From Methanobacterium sp. (lineage in GTDB: Archaea; Methanobacteriota; Methanobacteria; Methanobacteriales; Methanobacteriaceae), in contig PMWA01000101.1 in assembly GCA_003166335.1 (NCBI GenBank), positions 1 through 12,586 on the forward strand: 12,586 nt of DNA, given 5' to 3'. The position numbers and the translations under genes were made by a program. The notes under the pieces are model-generated. The model saw only the letters and a list, made by a program, of their open reading frames with translations, made no database searches and was not told the DNA's origin. Below are positions 1-7,271 of the stretch, piece by piece (positions within the stretch are counted from its first letter, which is position 1; the number at the start of each line of letters is the position of its first letter).

Positions 1-2
1 CA

Positions 3-473
3 CACCCCGACCTTACCTTAGAATTAGTAGAGAGATTTGCTGATAAAGTTGATTGGATAATTGTGGCCGCATGGCAAGGTGAAGGCTTCAAAAACCAGTT
101 AGAAACCCATGAGAATGTCACTTGTCCTCCTATTATGTGTGAACTTGAAGAAAACAGTAATCCCCTCTTTGATGAGTTTATAACTCAAATTGGAAAACCA
201 AAAGTAGAATTAAGATTTGATGGAAATAAACTTAAAGACGTAGAGGTTTTAAGATCTTCTCCCTGCGGGTCAACCACATTTGTAGCCGAATATATAAAAG
301 AAAAATATCTAGATAAAAAACCGGATATTAAGAATTTACCAATAGAAGCTGGGTTGAAATTACAACATTATCCTTGCAGAGCAGCTAAGATGCGTCTTTT
401 ATCTGATGAAGAATGTAAAAAAGAAAAAGCATCCGGACTTCACAGAGACGCATTTGAAGACGCATTAAACTGA
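3..473 (+). CDS. DUF166-family protein, 5' truncated by window edge
   Basis: The frame is open from position 3 ([24 protein letters not shown]...), so the GTG at 63 is not the true start. HPDL, CPPIMC, '[12 protein letters not shown]' and 'HYPCRA' match my recollection of the archaeal DUF166 family. Confidence 0.75.
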   Translation, partial: HPDLTLELVERFADKVDWIIVAAWQGEGFKNQLETHENVTCPPIMCELEENSNPLFDEFITQIGKPKVELRFDGNKLKDVEVLRSSPCGSTTFVAEYIKEKYLDKKPDIKNLPIEAGLKLQHYPCRAAKMRLLSDEECKKEKASGLHRDAFEDALN

Positions 474-480
474 ATTTTTT

Positions 481-1017
481 TTATATGGTATCCGGGTCCT
501 GTCCTGAAATGCAAAATCCGCAAACCGCACTAGGATTGTTTTTCTGCCGTTCTTTCACTGGACAAAGATAATTATCACCATTATATTTAACTCGGAAGCC
601 GCCGGGAAAAGGCGTACCAACAGGATGAACAGGTTCCTCCAGCACAAAGGTGGTGTATAAAGAGATAATTTTATAAATCTTAAAAAAAGCTGGATCGAAT
701 CCATCAACGTCTGATGCATGTTTTCCCTGTTCCAAAAGCAGTTTAATTGCGTCCTGAATTTCATGCACATTTAGATAATCTTTATCTACGGGCTGGTGTT
801 CCTTGACCTCCCTGATGCGAGTTATAAAAGCTAGAGTGTAAGCCTTGATATATTCCTTACGGTAACTTCCCTGCACGTAACAGGCATCTTTAATGAGGAA
901 GAGACTAGCCTGCATGATGTCTTGGAGAGTTATAAGTTGTGCTTCACTTCTTAACAAAGTAAGAAGTTCATCCCGACTTATTTCCCGATATGAAAGAACA
1001 TCCTCTATTCTTTTCAT
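481..1017 (-). CDS. DUF2115 (UPF0305) family protein
   Basis: 178 aa with C-terminal 'HPVGTPFPGGF...YLCPVK...CGFC', typical of methanogen DUF2115. SD-like GAGTGA upstream of the ATG. Confidence 0.85.
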   Translation of the reverse strand: MKRIEDVLSYREISRDELLTLLRSEAQLITLQDIMQASLFLIKDACYVQGSYRKEYIKAYTLAFITRIREVKEHQPVDKDYLNVHEIQDAIKLLLEQGKHASDVDGFDPAFFKIYKIISLYTTFVLEEPVHPVGTPFPGGFRVKYNGDNYLCPVKERQKNNPSAVCGFCISGQDPDTI

Positions 1018-1115
1018 TTGATAATCACTCGCATAGATAAAAACAAAATTCTTAAATCGTTTTATATTATCGAGAAGGTTTTAGACAAGCTTAAGCTCTC
1101 TCAACCAATTTTTTT

Positions 1116-1496
1116 TTACCTATCTATTTCCTTTTTTATTTTCTTTTTTAGATACTCTACGCAAATTTCCCCTTCCTCATCTAATCTGGAAACATCAAGG
1201 GGTTTTAAATTCACTTTATCCAGTTCCTCTAAAACGTTAAGATTTTTAGTTGCTTTAACTCCTTTTTGTTCCAGTATTTTAGTGGTGCAGTTATTTTCAC
1301 AGCCATTTATAGCTATAATTGGATATTTTTTGATTAAGGTAATGAATCCCTCTTTATCAGCAGCGGTGGCTCCCATGCAAATAGATACTATATTATCGTT
1401 TTCAGCCACTATATCTGTCGATGTCACACGGGCTACCAGACCATAGGGACTCATCCCACTGCAGGCAGCCAGGGCTATTTTCTTTTTGTCAGTCAT
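1116..1496 (-). CDS. DGC-domain putative zinc-binding protein
   Basis: 126 aa with 'ACSG', 'ICMG' and 'IAINGCENNC' (variant of the IDGCxxxC motif), giving four Cys ligands. Confidence 0.8.
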   Translation of the reverse strand: MTDKKKIALAACSGMSPYGLVARVTSTDIVAENDNIVSICMGATAADKEGFITLIKKYPIIAINGCENNCTTKILEQKGVKATKNLNVLEELDKVNLKPLDVSRLDEEGEICVEYLKKKIKKEIDR

Positions 1497-1555
1497 CTAT
1501 ACACTTCCCAATGGTAAAAATTATAAAATCAAATTTTTATTTAATGCTCAAAAAT

Positions 1556-1606
1556 TATCAATATATCCAAATATGTAAATATATAGATAAATATGTAATA
1601 TTGATA
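1556..1606. promoter_or_regulatory. Candidate tandem operator upstream of the DGC gene
   Basis: AAATATGTAA repeated with a 20-nt period (1569-1578, 1589-1598). Imperfect 24-bp palindrome at 1561-1584 (18/24). Flanking 9-bp inverted repeat TATCAATAT/ATATTGATA (1556-1564/1598-1606). The region is very AT-rich. Confidence 0.4.
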
Positions 1607-1685
1607 TTTAAATCTATCCAAAAAAAAAATTAATCAAGGAGTTAAAAATTATTTTATGCCCATTACATTCAGAGACAATTCATTT

Positions 1686-2519
1686 TTATAACAAAGAATT
1701 CAAATCCTGAACAGGATATAGATAATCAAATCTAGTAGTTTTCAATATATTATCTTCGTTGATATAATTCAGGGATTTTTTAATGGCTCCAAGGCTTGAA
1801 AACATCAATAATGTGGGCAAGCTAACTCTGGCTACTCCATATTTTTTTAAATCATTAATAGTAAAATTTTTAATATTATAATGCAAACCAGCAGCGATAC
1901 TAATCGGTCCTTTAACTTCTCGAATTATGGTTTTTACTTCTTCTAAAAGTTTCCACATAAGTTATAAAAGCAATATCCGCCCCTGTTTCAAGATATTGAT
2001 TTGCACGATCTATGGCAAGTTCTAATCCCACTGATCTATCCACAGTAGATTTCAAAGCATCTGTACGGGCATTAATAATAAAATCAAGATTATCTTTAAC
2101 GTCTGCGGTTTCCCGGGCCACGATGATTTTTTGTCCCATTAAATCACCATCTACCACAGAAATTTTGTTCTTCCCGTCTGGTATCTGATCTTCCAGGTTA
2201 ACACCAGCAACTCCAGTCTGCATAAATCTTTCCACAGTATCTATTAATTCTTCAGGACCGCCATATCCATCTTCAGCATCAGCCATAACTGGAACATCCA
2301 CTGATTCCACAATTCTACGGGTCCATTCAATATTTTCATCTAATGAAACATCAATCTCTCTTTTGTATCCTGAACAATGGAAAAACTATAACCTGAACAT
2401 TGAATGGCCTTAAATCCTGTATTTTCAACTAGTTTAGCACTTATAGGATCATATGCATCTGGCATGATCAACGTTTCTCTAGAATTTAAAAGATTCTTAA
2501 GTATTAAACTCTTATCCAA
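1686..2519 (-). pseudogene. Isocitrate lyase/PEP mutase superfamily gene with two frameshifts (pseudogene or sequencing errors)
   Basis: TTG at 2519 follows a GGGGGG SD (2529-2534) and gives MDKSLILKNLLNSRETLIMPDAYDPISAKLVENTGFKAIQCSGYSFSI. After a frameshift at ~2368-2385 it continues GYKREIDVSLDENIEWTRRIVESVDVPVMADAEDGYG...GVNLEDQ...INARTDA...GADIAF. After a second frameshift at the T4 run 1945-1948 it continues LEEVKTIIREVKGP...GVARVS to TAA at 1686. Total span is 834 nt = 278 codons. Confidence 0.88.
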
Positions 2520-2825
2520 AAGGAAATACCCCCCAAATTTTAACCATTACTTTGATTATTCTCCTACATATTATATTGCCTGTAATATACTTAAAACCAC
2601 TCAGGAACCGAGAAAAAAAATATTCACCTATAAACCTATACAAAATAAGATCATCTACTAATTTTTTTATTTTGGACGTGTACTTCAAGTGTAAATTAAT
2701 TCACTTATAAGGAAAAAAATAAGAAATGTTAAATCAGAGATCATTACACAATATATACAAAATAGGGTTACAATCATGTTAAAAAAAATTGAATTTTTAA
2801 TAAGAAAACTAACGGAGTATAAAAA

Positions 2826-3254
2826 ATGAATTCTCAAAAAGTTAAAGTGAGTGTTTTAATTATTTGCTACCACAACTCCGCCAGATCTCAAATGGCTGAA
2901 GGACTTCTAAAAACATTATATGGTGAATATTATGATGTTTACAGTGCAGGAAGTGATCCTACCATTGTAAATCCTTATGCAATAAAAGTCCTAGCAGAAT
3001 TGGATATTAATATATCAAATAATCGATCCAAAAGTCTCAAAGAATTTGAGGACTTAGAATTTGATTACGTGGTAACCGTATGTGGAGGTGTTGAAGCAGC
3101 AGCATGCCCATATTTCCCGGGAGGAAAAAAATATCTCCACGAATCATTTGAAGACCCCGCAGCAGTTGATGGAACTGACCATGACAAAACGGAAGCATTC
3201 AGAAAAAGTAGAGATGAAATTAAAGAATGGTTAACAAAAACATTTAAAGCTTAA
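2826..3254 (+). CDS. arsC: Arsenate reductase, thioredoxin-coupled LMW-PTP fold
   Basis: P-loop CX5R 'ICYHNSARSQMAEG', 'YSAGS', distal Cys pair 'TVCGGVEAAACPYFPG', and 'FEDP...FRKSRDEI'. GGAG SD at 2814-2817. Confidence 0.85.
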   Translation: MNSQKVKVSVLIICYHNSARSQMAEGLLKTLYGEYYDVYSAGSDPTIVNPYAIKVLAELDINISNNRSKSLKEFEDLEFDYVVTVCGGVEAAACPYFPGGKKYLHESFEDPAAVDGTDHDKTEAFRKSRDEIKEWLTKTFKA

Positions 3255-3641
3255 TGATAACGTTAAAAAAATTTACAAAATAGCTCAAAGAACTGTCTCG
3301 TCATAAAAAACACTTCTTCATTTTTTTGCAATTAAAATTAAATACTTACTAATTATTTATTTTAAATTTAAATGTGTCTTTTTTAACCATTTGAAATCTT
3401 ATGACTCCTAAGAAATTTCAGAATAAGGAATAATAATTAATTTATAAAAATATCACAATTTTTTTAAATAATTTTATATTATTAGATACCAATTATAAAA
3501 AATAATGAATTTCTTTATAAATTCAAACATTATTATTCTAGATTTTTTATATCATTTATTAGTATCATGCAGTCTAGTTAAGGTGGATGAAAATTTGTAC
3601 ATCATGGATTATATTTGTAAGTTTACGTTGAGAGGTAAAGT

Positions 3642-4553
3642 ATGTATGAAACACTGACATACACAGGGGGAGTTCACAAGCACGAGGAAATGATCGAGTT
3701 AATAGAAGATCTAGGCGGATTTGTGCTTCAAGAAAATATTAGTCAAATGGATCTGGTTTTAACCCTCGCCGTTCCCATGGAAGACGTTGAAAAGGTGGAG
3801 GAAAAAGCAAAACAACTTTTAGGAAAAGTTAAAATAGCCCCTATGGCCGGAACCGAAATAGCAATAGTTTCACCCACTCTAGCCAGACAACACCTTCCCC
3901 ATTCAGCATGTGACATATCTGAATATCTGCGCCGATACGGAACCAAAGATAATATGATTGGTCTACAACGCGGAGCAGGAAAAGGCATATCCCGGATTTC
4001 AGAAGATGAGAAGAAGCTTATAGAAGAACATGACTTAGCAGTTTTTGCGTTAGGAAGCTTCAGAGAGTGCATATTAAACAAAACCCATCTATTTGAAGAT
4101 ATAGAAATCCCAGTAATTGTAACAGGAGCACCACAAATAAAATTGGAAGATATACCCGGTGCAGATGCCTATGTAGGAGGACTAGGTAGAATACCACGCA
4201 GACTAAAAAGAGGAGAAAATATAAGAGCACTTAAAGAATTAGCGGAGGTGGCGGAAGAAATTCTAGACCAGAAAAGAGTGGAAATGTCTGATGATCCTCC
4301 ACTTGTACCGTCTATTCTAGTTAAAACAGAGATAGAAAATCAGGTGCCAGCTATAAAACAGGTTTACTCACCAGCACCCGTAGTAAGCCAGTTAGATGGA
4401 GTAAGAGTTAAACTCAACTACGACCAGTATCATGATGAAATAGCAGATGTAGAAGTTAATAATTACAAATTAATTGACATCTCAGAAATCCGGAAATCCA
4501 TGATGTACGATTATACATTAGTCAAGCTGCTGCCGGAAACTTCTATAATCTAA
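3642..4553 (+). CDS. Methanogenesis marker protein 7 (Mmp7, McrC-related)
   Basis: 303 aa with '[16 protein letters not shown]...IEDLGG', '[29 protein letters not shown]' and '[16 protein letters not shown]'. SD GAGGT at 3632-3636. Confidence 0.9.
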   Translation: MYETLTYTGGVHKHEEMIELIEDLGGFVLQENISQMDLVLTLAVPMEDVEKVEEKAKQLLGKVKIAPMAGTEIAIVSPTLARQHLPHSACDISEYLRRYGTKDNMIGLQRGAGKGISRISEDEKKLIEEHDLAVFALGSFRECILNKTHLFEDIEIPVIVTGAPQIKLEDIPGADAYVGGLGRIPRRLKRGENIRALKELAEVAEEILDQKRVEMSDDPPLVPSILVKTEIENQVPAIKQVYSPAPVVSQLDGVRVKLNYDQYHDEIADVEVNNYKLIDISEIRKSMMYDYTLVKLLPETSII

Positions 4554-4641
4554 AACAAAAATTTTTTATTAAATAATTAATTTCTATTATTTTATAAACT
4601 TATTTTAAGCATTAAAAATCTATTATAGGGGTTATTTAAAT

Positions 4642-5724
4642 TTGAAAAAAATAATTCAATTCATACTAAGTATTTTTCTATTTTTTTGGGGGTTTTTAGT
4701 CCTTAATTATGTTGTTTTATATGGTGTAAGTACCTTTTTTAATTTACCCAGAACAAGCACGCTATATATTTTAATGCTTATTGTTACTTTATTTTATCCT
4801 ATTTCATCTTCTCTAGAGAGGATTTTTTCAAACCTTCCATCTAGAATCTTTTATTTCATTTCTGCTGCATGGGTTGGAATATCCATTTATATAGTTATTT
4901 CATTGGCTTTATATGTAATATTTATCTTTTCAATCAGTCTTTTAATAAAAATACCCACCTTAATCATAGGAGAGCTATTTATAATCATAGCAGTTTTAGT
5001 AAGCATATATGCAATAATTAATGCCACTCGATTAGAAGTTAAAGAAATCAATGTTCATTTGGATGGTCTTAAAAATAATATAAGGGCGGTTCAACTCAGT
5101 GATGTTCATATAGGTCCCATAAGAAATGTTGGATTTATTAAAAGAATAGTAAATAAAACCAATGAACTAAATCCTGACATAATTTTTATCACCGGCGATC
5201 TTTTTGATGGCACATCAAAACTTCATAAAGAAATTCCAAAGGCTTTAAATGAGTTCAAAGCTCCAATATTATTTGTAACGGGGAATCATGACACATATCA
5301 AGATTTAAATGAAATATCTAAAATATTGGCTAAAACCAGAGTGAAAACACTAACTAATGAATTATTCCACTTCAAAGACTTGCAAATAATAGGGGTAGAT
5401 TACTCTCTAGAGAAAAGATATTTAGAAAACGTACTCCAAAACATTGAATACGAAAGAAATAAACCCCTAATTCTAATGTATCACCTACCACGGGAATTTG
5501 AAGCTGCTAAAAATGCGGGAATTCAACTACAACTTTCAGGCCACACCCACAACGGTCAATTCTTCCCCATCAACTATATTGTAAAAATGATTTTTCCCCA
5601 CATCAAAGGTCTTTATGAGTATCAAGGAGCACAACTCTACGTATCCCAGGGAACAGGTACCTGGGGCCCTCCTATGAGGCTTGGCTCAAGATGTGAGATT
5701 ACGTTGATTAAAATAAAAAAATAA
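4642..5724 (+). CDS. Membrane-anchored calcineurin-like metallophosphoesterase (YkuE/YaeI-like)
   Basis: About four hydrophobic N-terminal segments, then all five metal motifs: SDVH, TGDLFD, GNHD, MYHLP, SGHTHNGQ. C-terminal 'YVSQGTGTWGPPMRLG'. TTG start after GGGG (4628-4631). Confidence 0.9.
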   Translation: MKKIIQFILSIFLFFWGFLVLNYVVLYGVSTFFNLPRTSTLYILMLIVTLFYPISSSLERIFSNLPSRIFYFISAAWVGISIYIVISLALYVIFIFSISLLIKIPTLIIGELFIIIAVLVSIYAIINATRLEVKEINVHLDGLKNNIRAVQLSDVHIGPIRNVGFIKRIVNKTNELNPDIIFITGDLFDGTSKLHKEIPKALNEFKAPILFVTGNHDTYQDLNEISKILAKTRVKTLTNELFHFKDLQIIGVDYSLEKRYLENVLQNIEYERNKPLILMYHLPREFEAAKNAGIQLQLSGHTHNGQFFPINYIVKMIFPHIKGLYEYQGAQLYVSQGTGTWGPPMRLGSRCEITLIKIKK

Positions 5725-5742
5725 ATAGAATTATAATTTAAG

Positions 5743-6993
5743 TTATTTTTTCCTAACCCCAAAGAAGTTTATAGCTTCTATTAAATCCTGAAAAGCATAT
5801 AATTCAGCTTTAAGCACATCTTTCCCGCTAAGAGTGCTGCTCATCTCACCATCTACAGAAAGTTTTTCAGGACCCCTAGCTACTATTCTTTCTACACCGT
5901 CACGGCTTAGGAGTTCTGTTGCTTTTTTATCATGTACTAAAGCACGTCCTGGAATTAAAACTGTTTCTTTCAATTCTTTAAGATTTATTTCTTCCAGATC
6001 CTTTTGAGTTATTAAACAGGCAATATCTTTATCAGCGGTAACAACGTTTACCAATTCATCTGCCCCCATATCATGCATGATCTTTGTTATGAAGGGTGCT
6101 GCAATTTTGCTGGTTAGTATGGTGGCTTCTGATGTTACTTCAGATAAAATATCCAAATATTCCTTATTTTTTGTTTTAGAAAGGGCAAATGGAGCATCAT
6201 TTACAGGATCATAGAGTGGAGTACCTGTAACCCGGAAACTGAATTCTTTATTCACCTGCCGAACCAGATTTTCAAATTCTTCCAGAGAATGTGGATTTAA
6301 ACCATCGATAATTGGTTCATTACCCAATATAAGACCTTGATTTTCAAAATTAGCAAATCTCATAAGTATAAATGCTTCGACACCCCATTCTTCTAGATCA
6401 CTGCAGGTTTGGAATAATTTTTCTCCATCATTAACTCCGGGCAATATTACTGAAGCAGCATGGACTTCACAGTTTTCACTGAATATTTTAAGAGCTTTTA
6501 ACGATTCTTCCGGGTTTTTATCACCCATCCACTTTTTCCTAAGCAAAGCATCAGTTGAAAAAACAGTAAATGTTACTTCTTTAACCCCAAGTGAAATTAG
6601 ATCCTCAGCTATTCTTGCATCATCTATTCCTTTACCACTAGTGTAACCCAGATGAATAGGTAGATCTAATTGCTTAAATGCAGATGTAACTTCCAGTAAA
6701 TGTGGATAACAGCTTACATCTCCCCCTCCACTTATGTTAACTTTTAAATCATGGTCTCGGTATCCGCCGAGCATTAATGAATTTTGAACAGAGCTAACAA
6801 CCATGAATGGTGGAATAAATTCGCTTTTAATCTCCCTAATACCAGTTGTACAATGATCACATCCAACTCTACCGGGATTGCAGAATTTACATCCAAAAGG
6901 GTCTCCATTTTTAACTTTTAGAAAATAACAATATTTACAAAACCCTCTGCAGTTCTTGCCAGGTATACCACCTACATCTGCTATTATTTGCAT
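5743..6993 (-). CDS. mmp10: Methanogenesis marker 10: radical SAM, cobalamin-dependent methyl-coenzyme M reductase arginine C5-methyltransferase
   Basis: CX3CX2C 'CRGFCKYCYF', extra 4-Cys site 'CKFC...CDHC', 'SGGGDVSCYP', 'LGYTSGKG', 'DIACLIT', 'IPGRA'. Canonical divergent position next to mcrB. Confidence 0.95.
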   Translation of the reverse strand: MQIIADVGGIPGKNCRGFCKYCYFLKVKNGDPFGCKFCNPGRVGCDHCTTGIREIKSEFIPPFMVVSSVQNSLMLGGYRDHDLKVNISGGGDVSCYPHLLEVTSAFKQLDLPIHLGYTSGKGIDDARIAEDLISLGVKEVTFTVFSTDALLRKKWMGDKNPEESLKALKIFSENCEVHAASVILPGVNDGEKLFQTCSDLEEWGVEAFILMRFANFENQGLILGNEPIIDGLNPHSLEEFENLVRQVNKEFSFRVTGTPLYDPVNDAPFALSKTKNKEYLDILSEVTSEATILTSKIAAPFITKIMHDMGADELVNVVTADKDIACLITQKDLEEINLKELKETVLIPGRALVHDKKATELLSRDGVERIVARGPEKLSVDGEMSSTLSGKDVLKAELYAFQDLIEAINFFGVRKK

Positions 6994-7091
6994 AATATCT
7001 ACTTTTTAAACATAAAAAAAATAAGTATTTTTTGCTTCCGGGTATGCACCGAAAAAGTATGTAACAATTGAATTAATTTGAGGGATTATAC

Positions 7092-7106
7092 CTTATAAAT
7101 CTTTCT
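7092..7106 (-). promoter_or_regulatory. Putative mmp10 promoter (BRE + TATA)
   Basis: Minus strand reads AGAAAGA-TTTATAAG, matching the archaeal BRE/TATA consensus. Predicted start ~7065-7070. Confidence 0.55.
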
Positions 7107-7118
7107 AAATGAATCAAG

Positions 7119-7133
7119 AAGAAAGTTTAATAT
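7119..7133 (+). promoter_or_regulatory. Putative mcr operon promoter (BRE + TATA)
   Basis: AAGAAAG followed by TTTAATAT (7126-7133). The predicted start ~7154-7158 coincides with the 5' edge of the folded leader. Confidence 0.6.
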
Positions 7134-7154
7134 CATATAAACCAGTAAAGTTAG

Positions 7155-7254
7155 ATTCGTATATCAAATATTGTATCAGTTGTGATCCATCCCAACAAAT
7201 AAATCAGAGATTACTGATTCATATGATACATTTAGAAAATTGATGTACAAGAAT
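7155..7254 (+). ncRNA. Structured 5' leader of mcrB (three-way junction, candidate cis-regulatory RNA)
   Basis: Nested helices: ATTC/GAAT (7155-7158/7251-7254); GTATATCAA/TTGATGTAC (7159-7167/7240-7248, one G-U); TGTATCA/TGATACA (7172-7178/7224-7230); GTTG/CAAC (7179-7182/7193-7196); AATCAG/CTGATT (7202-7207/7214-7219). Confidence 0.6.
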
Positions 7255-7271
7255 ATTGTAGGAGGGACAAA

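Noticed and set aside
1088..1097. Perfect palindrome AGCTTAAGCT
   Set aside because: Short, single copy, no supporting context.
1018..1446. 142-aa plus-strand ORF, and other overlapping ORFs (555-770, 1421-1633, 2404-2661, 3743-4081)
   Set aside because: Antisense or off-frame shadows of well-supported genes, with no recognisable motifs.
1686..2310. ORFs 1686-1958 and 1912-2310 as two separate genes, or as programmed frameshifting
   Set aside because: They are consecutive pieces of one ICL/PEPM-fold protein. Two opposite shifts would be needed, and I see no canonical slippery heptamer or stimulatory structure.
3392..3420. Imperfect hairpin in the AT-rich arsC-mmp7 intergenic region
   Set aside because: Mostly A-T pairs with a bulge in very AT-rich DNA, and no U-tract or second copy.
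7049..7065. CCGAAAAAGTATGTAAC as a second plus-strand mcr promoter
   Set aside because: Good BRE but a poor TATA box. The same bases are also explained by the inverted repeat with 7000-7007. It cannot be excluded without TSS data.
2730..7211. Identical 12-mer TAAATCAGAGAT at 2730-2741 and 7200-7211
   Set aside because: Exact 12-mer matches are expected by chance in 12.6 kb of AT-rich DNA, and the first copy lacks the CTGATT pairing partner.
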